Positions 1 to 9,420 of a stretch of 59,205 nucleotides of DNA are shown piece by piece (within the stretch, counting starts at the first letter, position 1; each line of letters starts with the position of its first letter). This DNA is from an uncultured Clostridia bacterium (GTDB taxonomy: Bacteria > Bacillota > Limnochordia > Darwinibacteriales > Darwinibacteriaceae). The notes below the pieces were generated by a model. The model was not told the DNA's origin and searched no databases. It saw nothing but the letters and a program-made list of their open reading frames with translations. The stretch lies in NCBI GenBank assembly GCA_900018335.1, contig FIZK01000004.1, positions 1-59,205 on the forward strand. The letters run 5' to 3'. The translations under genes and the position numbers were made by a program.

Positions 1-51
1 GTTGGGCGGTAGGGTTTCTCTCAACCCATCGGCTCGGTAGACATGCCGGGC

Positions 52-295
52 ACACAAAAAACCGCCCCCAGAAGGGACGGAATCACCGCGGTACCACCCT
101 AGTTAAGACGCAAACCAACGAGCTGCGCCTTCACTTTAGGGGTATAACGGCACCACCGGCTCAGCCTACTAAAAGTTCAGCTGGCAACTCCCGGGTGATC
201 TTCCTGGGCTGTTCATGGCGTCCGTTCGCACCTTCCCGGACTCTCTGCAGCCACTTCCAGCGAGTACTCTCCCGTTCATCGTCTTTCCAATATTA
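52..295 (-). promoter_or_regulatory. T-box riboswitch leader; specifier most likely AUC (Ile), so the downstream gene off the left edge is probably ileS
   Basis: The minus strand shows GAUGA (K-turn), AGAGUA, an AGAGAG bulge and a GGUGCGAA distal loop. The specifier loop reads GAAG-AUC-A (AUC = 198..200). The T-box core GGGUGGUACCGCG is at 87..99 and is followed by a terminator. Confidence 0.85.
54..80 (-). terminator. Intrinsic terminator of the T-box leader
   Basis: Minus strand reads CCGTCCC-TTCT-GGGGGCGG followed by TTTTTTGTG. It competes with the T-box antiterminator. Confidence 0.8.
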
Positions 296-300
296 TCGAC

Positions 301-329
301 ATTATACCCAACCAGGATACAGAAGTCAA
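301..329 (-). promoter_or_regulatory. Sigma-A type promoter driving the T-box leader
   Basis: Minus strand has TTGACT (329..324), a 17-nt spacer, then TATAAT (306..301). Confidence 0.7.
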
Positions 330-361
330 CACTGTTTGGGCGACACCGCGGCTTCCGGGCT

Positions 362-1135
362 TCATCGATCCTGGAAGTCCGGCTCCCTTCTCTCCACAAA
401 GGCGCGCAGCCCTTCCAGGGCGTCGCGGTGAGTAAAACACTCCCCAAACAGCCCTGCCTCTAGGCTGATGTTGGCCGCGGCGAGCTCCGTCCCCGCCTGG
501 ACTGCTCGTTTGGCCAGAGCGAGGATGGGCCCCGATTTGGCGGCCAGCTCCGCGGCAAGGGTCTGAGCTTTGGCCAGGAGCTCTTCAGACTCCACAACTT
601 CCATCACCAGGCCTGCTTCCAGGGCTTCTTGGGCTGTGTAGCGCTTCCCGGTGAGAATCCATTCCTTGGCCCGGGCGGGCCCGATCAACCGCGGCAGCCG
701 CTGCGTACCTCCAAAGCCGGGAATGATGCCCAGGCCGATCTCGGGCTGAGCAAACACTGCCCTGCTGGAGGCTAGACGGAGATCGCAGGCCAAAGCAAGC
801 TCCATCCCCCCGCCCAGGGCATAACCGTTCACCGCGGCCACGAAAATGGCCGGATGTTTTTCCAATTGCAGAAAGACCTCGTTGCCTTTGAGGGAAAAGG
901 CCCGGGCAGAGCCTGGATCCATCTCAGCCATGGCCTTCACGTCGGCACCGGCCGCAAAGGCCCTGCCCTGACCCGTGAGGACCACGGCCTTAACGCCCCG
1001 TTCCTGCAAGTGCTCCAGAACAAGCTCCAATTCACTTAAGGCCCGTTCGTCCAAGACGTTCAGCTGTTCAGGGCGGGCCAGCTCCAAGAGGGCTGTCTTC
1101 CCGCTCACTTCCAGCTCAAAGCATTCTAGTTGCAC
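362..1135 (-). CDS. crt: Enoyl-CoA hydratase (crotonase)
   Basis: 257 aa with crotonase-fold motifs FAAGADVKAM and GGGMELALACD. It follows hbd. Confidence 0.9.
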   Translation of the reverse strand: MQLECFELEVSGKTALLELARPEQLNVLDERALSELELVLEHLQERGVKAVVLTGQGRAFAAGADVKAMAEMDPGSARAFSLKGNEVFLQLEKHPAIFVAAVNGYALGGGMELALACDLRLASSRAVFAQPEIGLGIIPGFGGTQRLPRLIGPARAKEWILTGKRYTAQEALEAGLVMEVVESEELLAKAQTLAAELAAKSGPILALAKRAVQAGTELAAANISLEAGLFGECFTHRDALEGLRAFVERREPDFQDR

Positions 1136-1152
1136 GTCTTTCCCCCCGGCTG

Positions 1153-2004
1153 CTAGTCATAGTTGTAAAAGCCAACACCTGTTTTGCGGCCCAGGCGCCC
1201 TGCCCGCACCATTTTGCGCAGGAGAGGCGCGGGACGGTATTTGTCCTCGCCCAACTCAGCATGAAGCGTTTCCATGATGGCCAGACAGATGTCCAAGCCA
1301 ATGAGATCCGCCAAGGCCAAGGGCCCCATGGGATGGTTGGCGCCTAGGCGCATAGCCGTGTCGATATCCTCCGCGGTAGCTGTCCCCTCTGCCAGGAGGA
1401 AGACGGCTTCATTGATCATGGGTAGAAGTAGGCGGTTAACGATGAAACCCGGCGACTCCTCCACCAACACCGGCGTCTTGCCCAGGGACTGCACAAACTC
1501 ACTGCACTGCTCCAGGCATTCCTGCGATGTAAAGGGCGTGCGCACCAGCTCCACCAGCTGCATCCTGTTTACAGGGTTAAAAAAGTGGATGCCCAAAACC
1601 CTCTGTGGTTCACCAGTAACGGCGGCAATGGCTGTGACGCTCAGGGCAGAAGTGTTCGTGCCCAAAATGCATTGGGAAGAGCAGATCTCAGCCAAGGACC
1701 TAAAGAGATCTTGCTTAAGTTCCAGGTTCTCTGATACGGCTTCCACCACAATGTCGGCATCCTTCAGCGTTTTGAGATCTGCGGATACGGTGATCCGAGA
1801 AAGGCGCTCGTCCCTCTGCTCTGCCTCGAGGTATCCCCTTTCCACTTGCCGGTTGAGTCGTTTCTCTATGCCTGCAAGGCCGGCTTTGGCCCTTTCCGCA
1901 TCTACATCCAGGAGTATAACCTGCCCCACGGCGGCAGCTACTTCCGCAATTCCACTGCCCATGGTGCCCGCACCAATCACACCTATAGTTAGCATATTGT
2001 TCAC
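1153..2004 (-). CDS. hbd: 3-hydroxybutyryl-CoA dehydrogenase
   Basis: 283 aa with N-terminal Rossmann motif IGVIGAGTMGSGIA and an overall 3-hydroxyacyl-CoA dehydrogenase layout. Confidence 0.9.
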   Translation of the reverse strand: MNNMLTIGVIGAGTMGSGIAEVAAAVGQVILLDVDAERAKAGLAGIEKRLNRQVERGYLEAEQRDERLSRITVSADLKTLKDADIVVEAVSENLELKQDLFRSLAEICSSQCILGTNTSALSVTAIAAVTGEPQRVLGIHFFNPVNRMQLVELVRTPFTSQECLEQCSEFVQSLGKTPVLVEESPGFIVNRLLLPMINEAVFLLAEGTATAEDIDTAMRLGANHPMGPLALADLIGLDICLAIMETLHAELGEDKYRPAPLLRKMVRAGRLGRKTGVGFYNYD

Positions 2005-2023
2005 CTCCCCAGTTTAGCCGCGG

Positions 2024-3205
2024 CTACAAGCGCTCAACCACAACGGCATAGCCCTGCCCACCGCCAATACACAGCGTAGCCAGACCTTTTTTGGCATCGC
2101 GCTGCTCCATGGCGTGCAGCAAAGTCACCAAAATGCGGGCTCCGCTAGCTCCGATGGGGTGACCTAAGGCAATGGCCCCTCCGTTTACATTAACCTTGGC
2201 AGGATCTAAGCCCAGCTCCCGCATAACTGCTATGGACTGTACCGCAAAAGCCTCGTTGGCTTCAACTAGATCCAGGTCCTCAACATCGAGGCCGCACCGG
2301 CTCAGCGCTTTACGGGTTGCCTCAACCGGGCCCATACCCATAATAGCTGGATCTAAGGCTGAAGAAGCGTAACTGAGCACCCTGGCCATGGGCTTTAGAC
2401 CCAAACTCTCCGCCTTCTCCCGGGACATGACCAAAAGGGCCGCCGCACCATCGTTGATCCCCGACGCATTCCCTGCTGTAACAGTACCGTCCTGCTTAAA
2501 GGCGGGGCGCAGCCTAGCCAGGGATTCGGCAGTGACTCCCTCCCGGGGGTACTCATCACGATCAAAGCTGATGGGATCCCCACGGCGCTGGGGAATGATC
2601 ACGGGCACGATCTCCGCTTGGAAACGACCCTCAGCCTGGGCTGCTTGGCATTTCTGCTGGCTGGCGGCGGCGAACTCGTCCTGCTCCGCACGGCTGATCT
2701 GCCACCGCTCGGCGATGTTCTCGGCGGTAATACCCATATGGGTGTCAGTAAAGGCGCACCATAGACCGTCTTTGATCATGGTATCAACCAGCTGTTCATG
2801 ACCCATGCGGGCACCCCAGCGCGCCTTGGCAGAGGCATAGGGGGCGGTACTCATGCTTTCCATGCCGCCTACGATGTAGGCATGGCCATCGCCGGCCCTA
2901 ATGGCCTGAGCAGCCAGGCCCACCGCTTTCAGCCCAGAACCACACACTTTGTTCACGGTAAACGAGGGAACGCCCTCAGGTATACCCGCCTTGATTGAGG
3001 CCTGCCGAGCTGGGTTTTGTCCAGCGGCCGCCTGGAGCACGTTGCCCAAAATGACCTCATCGATTTCCTGCGGCGGCAGACCAGTTTCCTCCAGGATCCG
3101 CCTAATCACCACCGCAGCCAGATCGGCGGCGGAGAGGTCCTTAAGGGTTCCTCCGAAACTGCCGATGGCCGTGCGCAGGGCCTTGACAATAACCACTTCT
3201 CGCAT
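2024..3205 (-). CDS. Acetyl-CoA acetyltransferase (thiolase)
   Basis: 393 aa with thiolase motifs [20 protein letters not shown] and CIGGGQG. Confidence 0.92.
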   Translation of the reverse strand: MREVVIVKALRTAIGSFGGTLKDLSAADLAAVVIRRILEETGLPPQEIDEVILGNVLQAAAGQNPARQASIKAGIPEGVPSFTVNKVCGSGLKAVGLAAQAIRAGDGHAYIVGGMESMSTAPYASAKARWGARMGHEQLVDTMIKDGLWCAFTDTHMGITAENIAERWQISRAEQDEFAAASQQKCQAAQAEGRFQAEIVPVIIPQRRGDPISFDRDEYPREGVTAESLARLRPAFKQDGTVTAGNASGINDGAAALLVMSREKAESLGLKPMARVLSYASSALDPAIMGMGPVEATRKALSRCGLDVEDLDLVEANEAFAVQSIAVMRELGLDPAKVNVNGGAIALGHPIGASGARILVTLLHAMEQRDAKKGLATLCIGGGQGYAVVVERL

Positions 3206-3240
3206 GCTCTTCCTCCTTTGCTTGTCCTAAACACTCTACC

Positions 3241-4518
3241 TCAAGAGTTGCGGTGGGAGTTCCGACGCCGCCTCTCCAGATCAGCAGGTTCAATGGAGCG
3301 GTTCTCCGTAGACTGCAGCAGCCGAGCCACCCCCCGGGATTTTTTGGCCTGCTCCTCCTCGGGCTCCCAACCTTCATCGATATACTGGGGTTCGCTGTAG
3401 GTGGCAATCATGCCTTCGTAATTGCGCAGCACTACCTTGGTGGGCGACATGCTGATCAGATACTGGGGCATGACTGGGGTCTTGCCACCTCCGCCGGGAA
3501 CGTCCACCACGTAGGTGGGCACCGCATAGCCGGAGATATGGCCCCGCAGCGCTTCCATGATCTCCAAGCCCTTGGAAACCTTGGTGCGGAAATGCTCTAT
3601 GCCCATGGACAGATCGCACTGGTAGATGTAATAGGGCCGCACCCGGATCTTCACCAGCTCCAAGACAAGCCTCTTCATGGTTTCGGGATTGTCGTTTACG
3701 CCCCGCAGCAGAACGCTTTGATTGCCTAGAGGAATACCCGCATCCGCCAGCTTCTCGCAAGCCTGCCGTGCGGCCGGAGTGATCTCCTTTGGGTGGTTAA
3801 AGTGGGTGTTGAGCCAGATGGGATGGTACTTTTTCAGCATGCTCACGAGATCGTCAGTGATCCTCTGGGGCATGACCACAGGTGTACGGGTGCCAATGCG
3901 GATAATCTCCACATGGGGAATCTCCCGGAGGCGCTTGATAATCTCCTCCAGTTTCTGATCGGCCATGAGCAGCGCATCGCCGCCTGAGAGCAGAACATCC
4001 CGCACCTCGGGTGTGCGCCTGATATACTCAATGCCCTGCTCGATCAAATCCCAACTTACTCCCGCATCCCTCTGCCCGGCGAAGCGGCGCCTGGTGCAGT
4101 GCCGACAGTACATGGAACACTGGTCAGTGATCAAAAACAGCACGCGATCAGGATAGCGGTGGGTTAAACCGGGTACCGGCGAATCCACCTCTTCACTGAG
4201 GGGATCATGCAGGTCCGCTTTACTGGAATAGGTTTCCATAATGGTGGGAATGGCTTGCCGGCGAATGGGACAACTGGGATCATCGGGGTCCATCAAGGAT
4301 GCGTAGTAAGGTGTAATGCCCATGCGGAATACTTCCAACACCTTGGCGATCTGGGACTTCTCCTGCTCAGTCAAGGGTATTATTCTGTTCAAATCCTCCA
4401 CAGTCTGGATGCGATTGCGGACCTGCCAGCGCCAATCGCACCACTCTGCCTCAGTGCAGCCCCATACCAGCCAGGGCTTTTGCATCAAGCTTTCTTTCTC
4501 GACCGCACTCAATGCCAA
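3241..4518 (-). CDS. kamA: L-lysine 2,3-aminomutase (radical SAM, PLP)
   Basis: Carries the CSMYCRHCTRR radical-SAM cluster motif, WQVRNRI near the N-terminus, and PGGGGKTP. The start is uncertain: TTG at 4518, or TTG at 4512 with better GGAGG spacing. Confidence 0.9.
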   Translation of the reverse strand: MALSAVEKESLMQKPWLVWGCTEAEWCDWRWQVRNRIQTVEDLNRIIPLTEQEKSQIAKVLEVFRMGITPYYASLMDPDDPSCPIRRQAIPTIMETYSSKADLHDPLSEEVDSPVPGLTHRYPDRVLFLITDQCSMYCRHCTRRRFAGQRDAGVSWDLIEQGIEYIRRTPEVRDVLLSGGDALLMADQKLEEIIKRLREIPHVEIIRIGTRTPVVMPQRITDDLVSMLKKYHPIWLNTHFNHPKEITPAARQACEKLADAGIPLGNQSVLLRGVNDNPETMKRLVLELVKIRVRPYYIYQCDLSMGIEHFRTKVSKGLEIMEALRGHISGYAVPTYVVDVPGGGGKTPVMPQYLISMSPTKVVLRNYEGMIATYSEPQYIDEGWEPEEEQAKKSRGVARLLQSTENRSIEPADLERRRRNSHRNS

Positions 4519-4532
4519 ACCTCCTCATCGAC

Positions 4533-5201
4533 TCAGACTGGCAGTACCATGTCCTTAAGCTCTGGAGCGGCCTCCATGGGAGCTTCGGTCACGACGCGTA
4601 TCTGGTCCACCGTGTAATCGGGATGCTTCTCCAAGAGCACCAAGCTGCCATGGTCCACCTTAAACACGCCCAATTCGGTCACCACCAAATCCACCTCCCG
4701 GGCCGCGGTGAGGGGTAGCCGGCACTGTCTAAGCAGCTTAGGCTTGCCGTCCTTGGTGGTGTGGCTGGTCCCCACGATCACTTTCCTGGCACCCACGACC
4801 AAGTCCATGGCTCCACCCATGCCTGGAACCATCTTGCCCGGTATCATCCAACTGGCCAGATTACCCCAGGCATCCACCTCCAGGGCACCCAACACGGTGA
4901 CATCCACGTGGCCGCCCCGGATGATGGCAAAGGAAAGGGCGCTGTCGAAACAGGCACCGCCAGGCAAAATGGTCACGGGCTGTCCTCCAGCGTTCACCAC
5001 ATCAGGGTCTTCGTCCCCTGGGGCGGGTGCGGGACCCAAGCCTAGAAATCCGTTTTCGGACTGGAAGATGACCTCAATCCCCGGAGGGATGTAGCTGGCA
5101 ACCATGGTGGGAAGTCCGATGCCCAAGTTCACAACATCACCATCGGATAGCTCCTGAGCAATGCGCTGGGCAATGATGATCCTCTTCTGCTCGTCAGTCA
5201 T
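4533..5201 (-). CDS. 3-oxoacid / butyrate-acetoacetate CoA-transferase subunit B
   Basis: 222 aa with NLGIGLP and the catalytic-Glu motif QSENG. It overlaps subunit A by 8 nt. Confidence 0.85.
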   Translation of the reverse strand: MTDEQKRIIIAQRIAQELSDGDVVNLGIGLPTMVASYIPPGIEVIFQSENGFLGLGPAPAPGDEDPDVVNAGGQPVTILPGGACFDSALSFAIIRGGHVDVTVLGALEVDAWGNLASWMIPGKMVPGMGGAMDLVVGARKVIVGTSHTTKDGKPKLLRQCRLPLTAAREVDLVVTELGVFKVDHGSLVLLEKHPDYTVDQIRVVTEAPMEAAPELKDMVLPV

Positions 5202-5856
5202 CAGTGCTCACGCTCCTCGTTAAGACATCTACGAAAATACCCGGAGTCATAATCTGGTCAGGATCGAGTTCGCCCACGTCCACGATTTCCTCAACTTCAG
5301 CGATGACCAGGTCTGCAGCCATGGCCATAACGGGGTTGAAGTTCCTCGCGCTCCTGCGGTACACTAAATTGCCTCTGCGGTCCGCTTTCCAAGCCTTGAT
5401 CAGGGCAATATCGGCACGGAGCGGCGTTTCCAGAAGATAAGCCCTGCCGTCAATGACGAACTCCTGTTTTCCTTCGGCTGCAATCGTCCCCACTCCCGTG
5501 GGTGTGAGCACTCCCCCGAGCCCCGCTCCTCCGCAGCGGATTCGCTCCGCGAGGGTTCCCTGGGGTACCAGCTCCACGCTGAGCCTGCCATCAATCATCC
5601 GCCGGCCCGTTTCTGGATTGGTTCCAATGTGGCTGGCAATCAACTTCGTGACTGCATCTGCACTGATCAGCATTCCAACACCGTCGCCTTGGACGCCTGT
5701 GTCGTTAGAGATCAATGTCAAATCGTGCACACCGCGCCGCGCCAGTTCAGCAATGAGGTTAACCGGGGCTCCACAGGTCATAAAGCCCCCAATCATCACG
5801 GTATTCCCGCTCTGGACCTTGGCCACAGCCTCCGGTATGGACAAAATCTTGGGCAT
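5194..5856 (-). CDS. 3-oxoacid / butyrate-acetoacetate CoA-transferase subunit A
   Basis: 220 aa with the family-I CoA-transferase A pattern GNTVMIGGF and TLISNDTG. Confidence 0.85.
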   Translation of the reverse strand: MPKILSIPEAVAKVQSGNTVMIGGFMTCGAPVNLIAELARRGVHDLTLISNDTGVQGDGVGMLISADAVTKLIASHIGTNPETGRRMIDGRLSVELVPQGTLAERIRCGGAGLGGVLTPTGVGTIAAEGKQEFVIDGRAYLLETPLRADIALIKAWKADRRGNLVYRRSARNFNPVMAMAADLVIAEVEEIVDVGELDPDQIMTPGIFVDVLTRSVSTDD

Positions 5857-5871
5857 GCTTTCCCTCCCTAG

Positions 5872-6693
5872 CTATGTCTTTACGGCGATCCCCAAGATCT
5901 CTCTGGCTTCGTTGGGGTCCGCCACTTCGCGCCCTAGTTCGTGGGCAATGCGGGCGATCCTGGCCACCAGCTGTCCGCTGCTTGTGGCCAGCTCTCCTCT
6001 GCGATAGTAGATGTTATCTTCAAAACCCACTCGCACGTGCCCTCCCATGGCCATGGCCGCCACGGCCAGCGGAGTCTCGTGGCGTCCGATCCCCGAGACT
6101 GTCCAGGTGGCATTGGGTGGAATGGAGTCCACCAGAAAGGCCAGACTTCTCACACTGGCGGACATGGCTCCGGGTACTCCCAACACGAAGTTGAAATGCA
6201 GAGGTTCCTTTAACAGCCCTTTCTTCACCAGGCGCAGAGCGTTGTCGATCATGCCCGCCTCAAAGACTTCGATTTCGGGCTTAATGCCCCGCTCCAGCAT
6301 GGTGCGGGCTGCCTCTTCCATGAACTCCTGCGGGTTGGCGAAGATATCGGAGCCGAAATTGCAGGTACCCGTACTCAAGGTGGCCATCTCCGGGTTCAGC
6401 TCCAGGGGCTGCAGGCGCTCCTGGGCAGTGTGCCACACAGCGCCTCCCGTGGAAGGCTGGAAGATGACCGGGCAGGCCTCTGTCACTAAGCGCTGGATTT
6501 CCCCATAAACCTGCCTATCCTGGGTTGGGGTCCCATCCGCGAGGCGGGCATGGACATGTACTATGGCCGCTCCCGCTTCGTATGCTTCCACCGCGGCCTG
6601 AGCAATCTCCTCAGGTGTAATGGGCAGATTAGGCTGCTGTTCCCGGGTTACCTCCGCTCCTGTGAGCGCCGCGGTGATAATCAATTTAGACAC
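5872..6693 (-). CDS. kce: 3-keto-5-aminohexanoate cleavage enzyme (BKACE/DUF849 family)
   Basis: N-terminus [12 protein letters not shown] is typical of the family. The start is GTG at 6693, 9 nt after GGAGG. GTGTCTAA overlaps the kal stop. The track ORF start at 6729 looks like an over-extension. Confidence 0.85.
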   Translation of the reverse strand: MSKLIITAALTGAEVTREQQPNLPITPEEIAQAAVEAYEAGAAIVHVHARLADGTPTQDRQVYGEIQRLVTEACPVIFQPSTGGAVWHTAQERLQPLELNPEMATLSTGTCNFGSDIFANPQEFMEEAARTMLERGIKPEIEVFEAGMIDNALRLVKKGLLKEPLHFNFVLGVPGAMSASVRSLAFLVDSIPPNATWTVSGIGRHETPLAVAAMAMGGHVRVGFEDNIYYRRGELATSSGQLVARIARIAHELGREVADPNEAREILGIAVKT

Positions 6694-7090
6694 TGCTGTT
6701 TCCCCTCCTCTGCCTCTCCTTTGGTACAACGCAGACGCCTTTTGCCTCCGCCACCACCACTGGTTCGCTCAAGACATCCATGGCGGAAGGAGGCAAATCG
6801 GCATCCTGAGGGCGGGTAATCTGTTTTACGGCGCGGAACTCCATCTTGCGTGAGGTGTTCCCCACTTCCGTAAGCCTGCCTCTGACCTCAATGAAGTCGC
6901 CGGCATAGACAGGCGCCCGAAACATTACCTCGCTGTAGGTGAGGAAGAGCCCTTCATCTCCGTCATGGCGGATGAGGAGTTCCGTGGCGGCATCCCCAAA
7001 GAGCTGCAAAAGGAAAGCACCATCCACCAAATCACCACCATAGTGGGCCTGGGCTGCGCTTACCCGTACCCGAATCACACTCTCCAGCAC
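6686..7090 (-). CDS. kal: 3-aminobutyryl-CoA ammonia-lyase (hot-dog fold)
   Basis: 134 aa. Size, sequence character and position between kamE and kce all match lysine fermentation clusters. Confidence 0.8.
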   Translation of the reverse strand: MLESVIRVRVSAAQAHYGGDLVDGAFLLQLFGDAATELLIRHDGDEGLFLTYSEVMFRAPVYAGDFIEVRGRLTEVGNTSRKMEFRAVKQITRPQDADLPPSAMDVLSEPVVVAEAKGVCVVPKERQRRGNSSV

Positions 7091-7093
7091 AGT

Positions 7094-7837
7094 CTATTCA
7101 CCCCTTTCCAACCGTCGTGCCACTTCCTTAGCTAGAAATCCAGCCACATCCCTGGCCGTAGTTCCCACTCCGAATCCTGCATCAAAGCCCAGTTCCGCCG
7201 CTAAACGCCTGTCGATGCGGGGGCCTCCCACCACCAAAATCAGCCTAGGCCGCAGCCCTTCTGCTTCCGCAAGTTCCACCAGTTCAGTCAGGTTCTTGAT
7301 GTGGATGTCCCGTTGGGTTACTACCTGCGAAACCAAAACCGCATCGGCCTGCACTTCTACGGCCTTCTGCAGCAGTGCTTCGTTGGGGATCTGACTGCCT
7401 AAGTTGTAAGTCTCAAACCAGGGATAACGCTCCAAACCGTATTCACCCTGGTATCCCTTCATATTCATAATGGCATCCAAACCCACGGTGTGGGCGTCAG
7501 TACCCGTACAGGCCCCCACCACCACAATTCTCCTGCCTATCCGCTCCTGGATAAAGGCATTGATCTCCTCAAAACCCATGGGCTGCTCGTCCGCTTCCAC
7601 CTCGGGGAGCTGGTTCAGATCCACGCTGTGGCGGCAGCGGCCGTAGATGATGAAAAAGGTAAAGCCGTGCAGGTCCTTTTCATGCACGATTTGGACGTTT
7701 TCCAGACCCATCTGAGCCACCAGCCTATTGGCGGCTTCCCGGGCTTTGGGTCCCGCGGGCAACGGCAGGGTGAAGCTGAGTTGTACCTGCCCATCACCCC
7801 ACGAGTCGCCGTACGGCCTGATTTGCTGAACCATCAC
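7094..7837 (-). CDS. kamE: Lysine 5,6-aminomutase beta subunit (B12/PLP binding)
   Basis: 247 aa with the cobalamin base-off motif DAHTVG (DxHxxG). It overlaps the kamD stop by 4 nt. Confidence 0.88.
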   Translation of the reverse strand: MMVQQIRPYGDSWGDGQVQLSFTLPLPAGPKAREAANRLVAQMGLENVQIVHEKDLHGFTFFIIYGRCRHSVDLNQLPEVEADEQPMGFEEINAFIQERIGRRIVVVGACTGTDAHTVGLDAIMNMKGYQGEYGLERYPWFETYNLGSQIPNEALLQKAVEVQADAVLVSQVVTQRDIHIKNLTELVELAEAEGLRPRLILVVGGPRIDRRLAAELGFDAGFGVGTTARDVAGFLAKEVARRLERGE

Positions 7838-9420
7838 AACTGCCCCCCCTCTCCTGCAGACACAAGCCCTAACTCGCGCTCCATGGCGTCCATGATGGGG
7901 TTTACGTAGTCCATGCCTTTCCTGACCACCCCTTCGCGGCCTTTTCCACCCGTTGTGGGCCGCTTGACATCGGCAAAGAAACCTTCGCTGATGGCGCGTT
8001 TGAGTCCCACGGCCGCGATTTCCTCGAGAAACTGCACAGTACCGTTGACGATGTCCTCAGACCTTTTCTGGACGATGCCGTCCGGCCTGAACTTGATTTC
8101 CCGGCCGAGATCCCTGGCGTTTTCCATGATGTAATGAGCGTTCTCGATACTGAGGATGCGATCGCCAATGTGAGGGGTGTGGATGGCCTCGGTGAGCATG
8201 CCCAGCAGATGGATGCTCTGCCCTGTGAGCACGGAAGCCAGGTTAAACATGGCGTTTTGGACATGTCCCAGGAAAATATCTCCCGTCATGTGCTTTGTGG
8301 GTGGCATGTACTTTAAAGGGGAGTTGGGGAAGATTTGGCGGATTGTTTGGGCCATGGCCAGCTCATAGAGGAAGCCATTGGGCATCTTGGGGTCCAGCTC
8401 AAAGGCATGCCCCAGACCCAGCTGCCACTGGCGCAGACCCGCCATGAGCCCCAGCTGTTCATTGATGAAGTTGGAAGCCAGCACCGTGTGGGCCTTTTCA
8501 TAGGCGTCGGCGGTGGTGAGATAGTTGTCTTCGCCCGTGTTAATGATGATGCCGGCGTAGGCATTGATCATGCGGGAGAAATACTGATCCGTAAAGGTGC
8601 GGTCCATGTTAATATCGCGGAACAAGATGCCGTACATGGCATCATTGAGCATCATATCCAGGCGCTCCAGCGCTCCCATGGCAGCAATCTCAGGCATACA
8701 CAAACCGGAACAGTAATTGACCAGCTGCACATAGCGGCCCAGTTCTTCGCTGACCTCATCCAAGGCCTCCCTCATCACCCGAAAGTTGGCCTGGGTGGCA
8801 TAGGTTCCGCCGAAGCCTTCCGTGGTGGTGCCGTAGGGTACATAATCCAGAAGGCTTTGGGCGGTCGTGCGAATCACGGCGATAATGTCCGCACCATGTC
8901 TCGCCGCCGCCTGGGCTTGCTTCACGTCTTCAAAAATGTTTCCGCTGGCCACGATGACATATTTCAGAGGCTCTGGCCCGGTGCCAAGCCTCGCTTTCAT
9001 TTCTGTCCTGGTGTCGCGCTGCTTCTTGATGGCCTTCAGAGCCCTGCGGGTGTACTCCTCCATAACCTGGCTCACCCGCCCGGGTTCCTGGATCTCTAAA
9101 GAACATAGGGACAGGCCCCGCGCACAGGCTTGGGCCACCTCTTGCGGCGGCTGATCCAAGGCCACCACGGCATTGGCCAGCCAAAAGGCGATACCCCGGT
9201 GCAGCTGGCCGTCTTGGTCCACCTGATCCACCACCACATTGGGCAGGGGAACGCCATCCGCGTTCGTTCCATCGATACCGAACAGGCGGGCCACTGTGCG
9301 CTCCACGCTCACGGTGGTGGTTTGGTCAATCTCGCGCTGGATGTCCTGGGCGATTCTGCGCGCCAGCTCCCGCGCTTTCCCAACCTTGTCCTCATCCACT
9401 GCCAGCAGCTGGTTAACCAT
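7834..9420 (-). CDS. kamD: Lysine 5,6-aminomutase alpha subunit
   Basis: 529 aa, TIM-barrel large subunit. ATG at 9420 overlaps the upstream stop (ATGGTTAA). The track start at 9504 is an extension into the upstream gene. Confidence 0.88.
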   Translation of the reverse strand: MVNQLLAVDEDKVGKARELARRIAQDIQREIDQTTTVSVERTVARLFGIDGTNADGVPLPNVVVDQVDQDGQLHRGIAFWLANAVVALDQPPQEVAQACARGLSLCSLEIQEPGRVSQVMEEYTRRALKAIKKQRDTRTEMKARLGTGPEPLKYVIVASGNIFEDVKQAQAAARHGADIIAVIRTTAQSLLDYVPYGTTTEGFGGTYATQANFRVMREALDEVSEELGRYVQLVNYCSGLCMPEIAAMGALERLDMMLNDAMYGILFRDINMDRTFTDQYFSRMINAYAGIIINTGEDNYLTTADAYEKAHTVLASNFINEQLGLMAGLRQWQLGLGHAFELDPKMPNGFLYELAMAQTIRQIFPNSPLKYMPPTKHMTGDIFLGHVQNAMFNLASVLTGQSIHLLGMLTEAIHTPHIGDRILSIENAHYIMENARDLGREIKFRPDGIVQKRSEDIVNGTVQFLEEIAAVGLKRAISEGFFADVKRPTTGGKGREGVVRKGMDYVNPIMDAMERELGLVSAGEGGQL

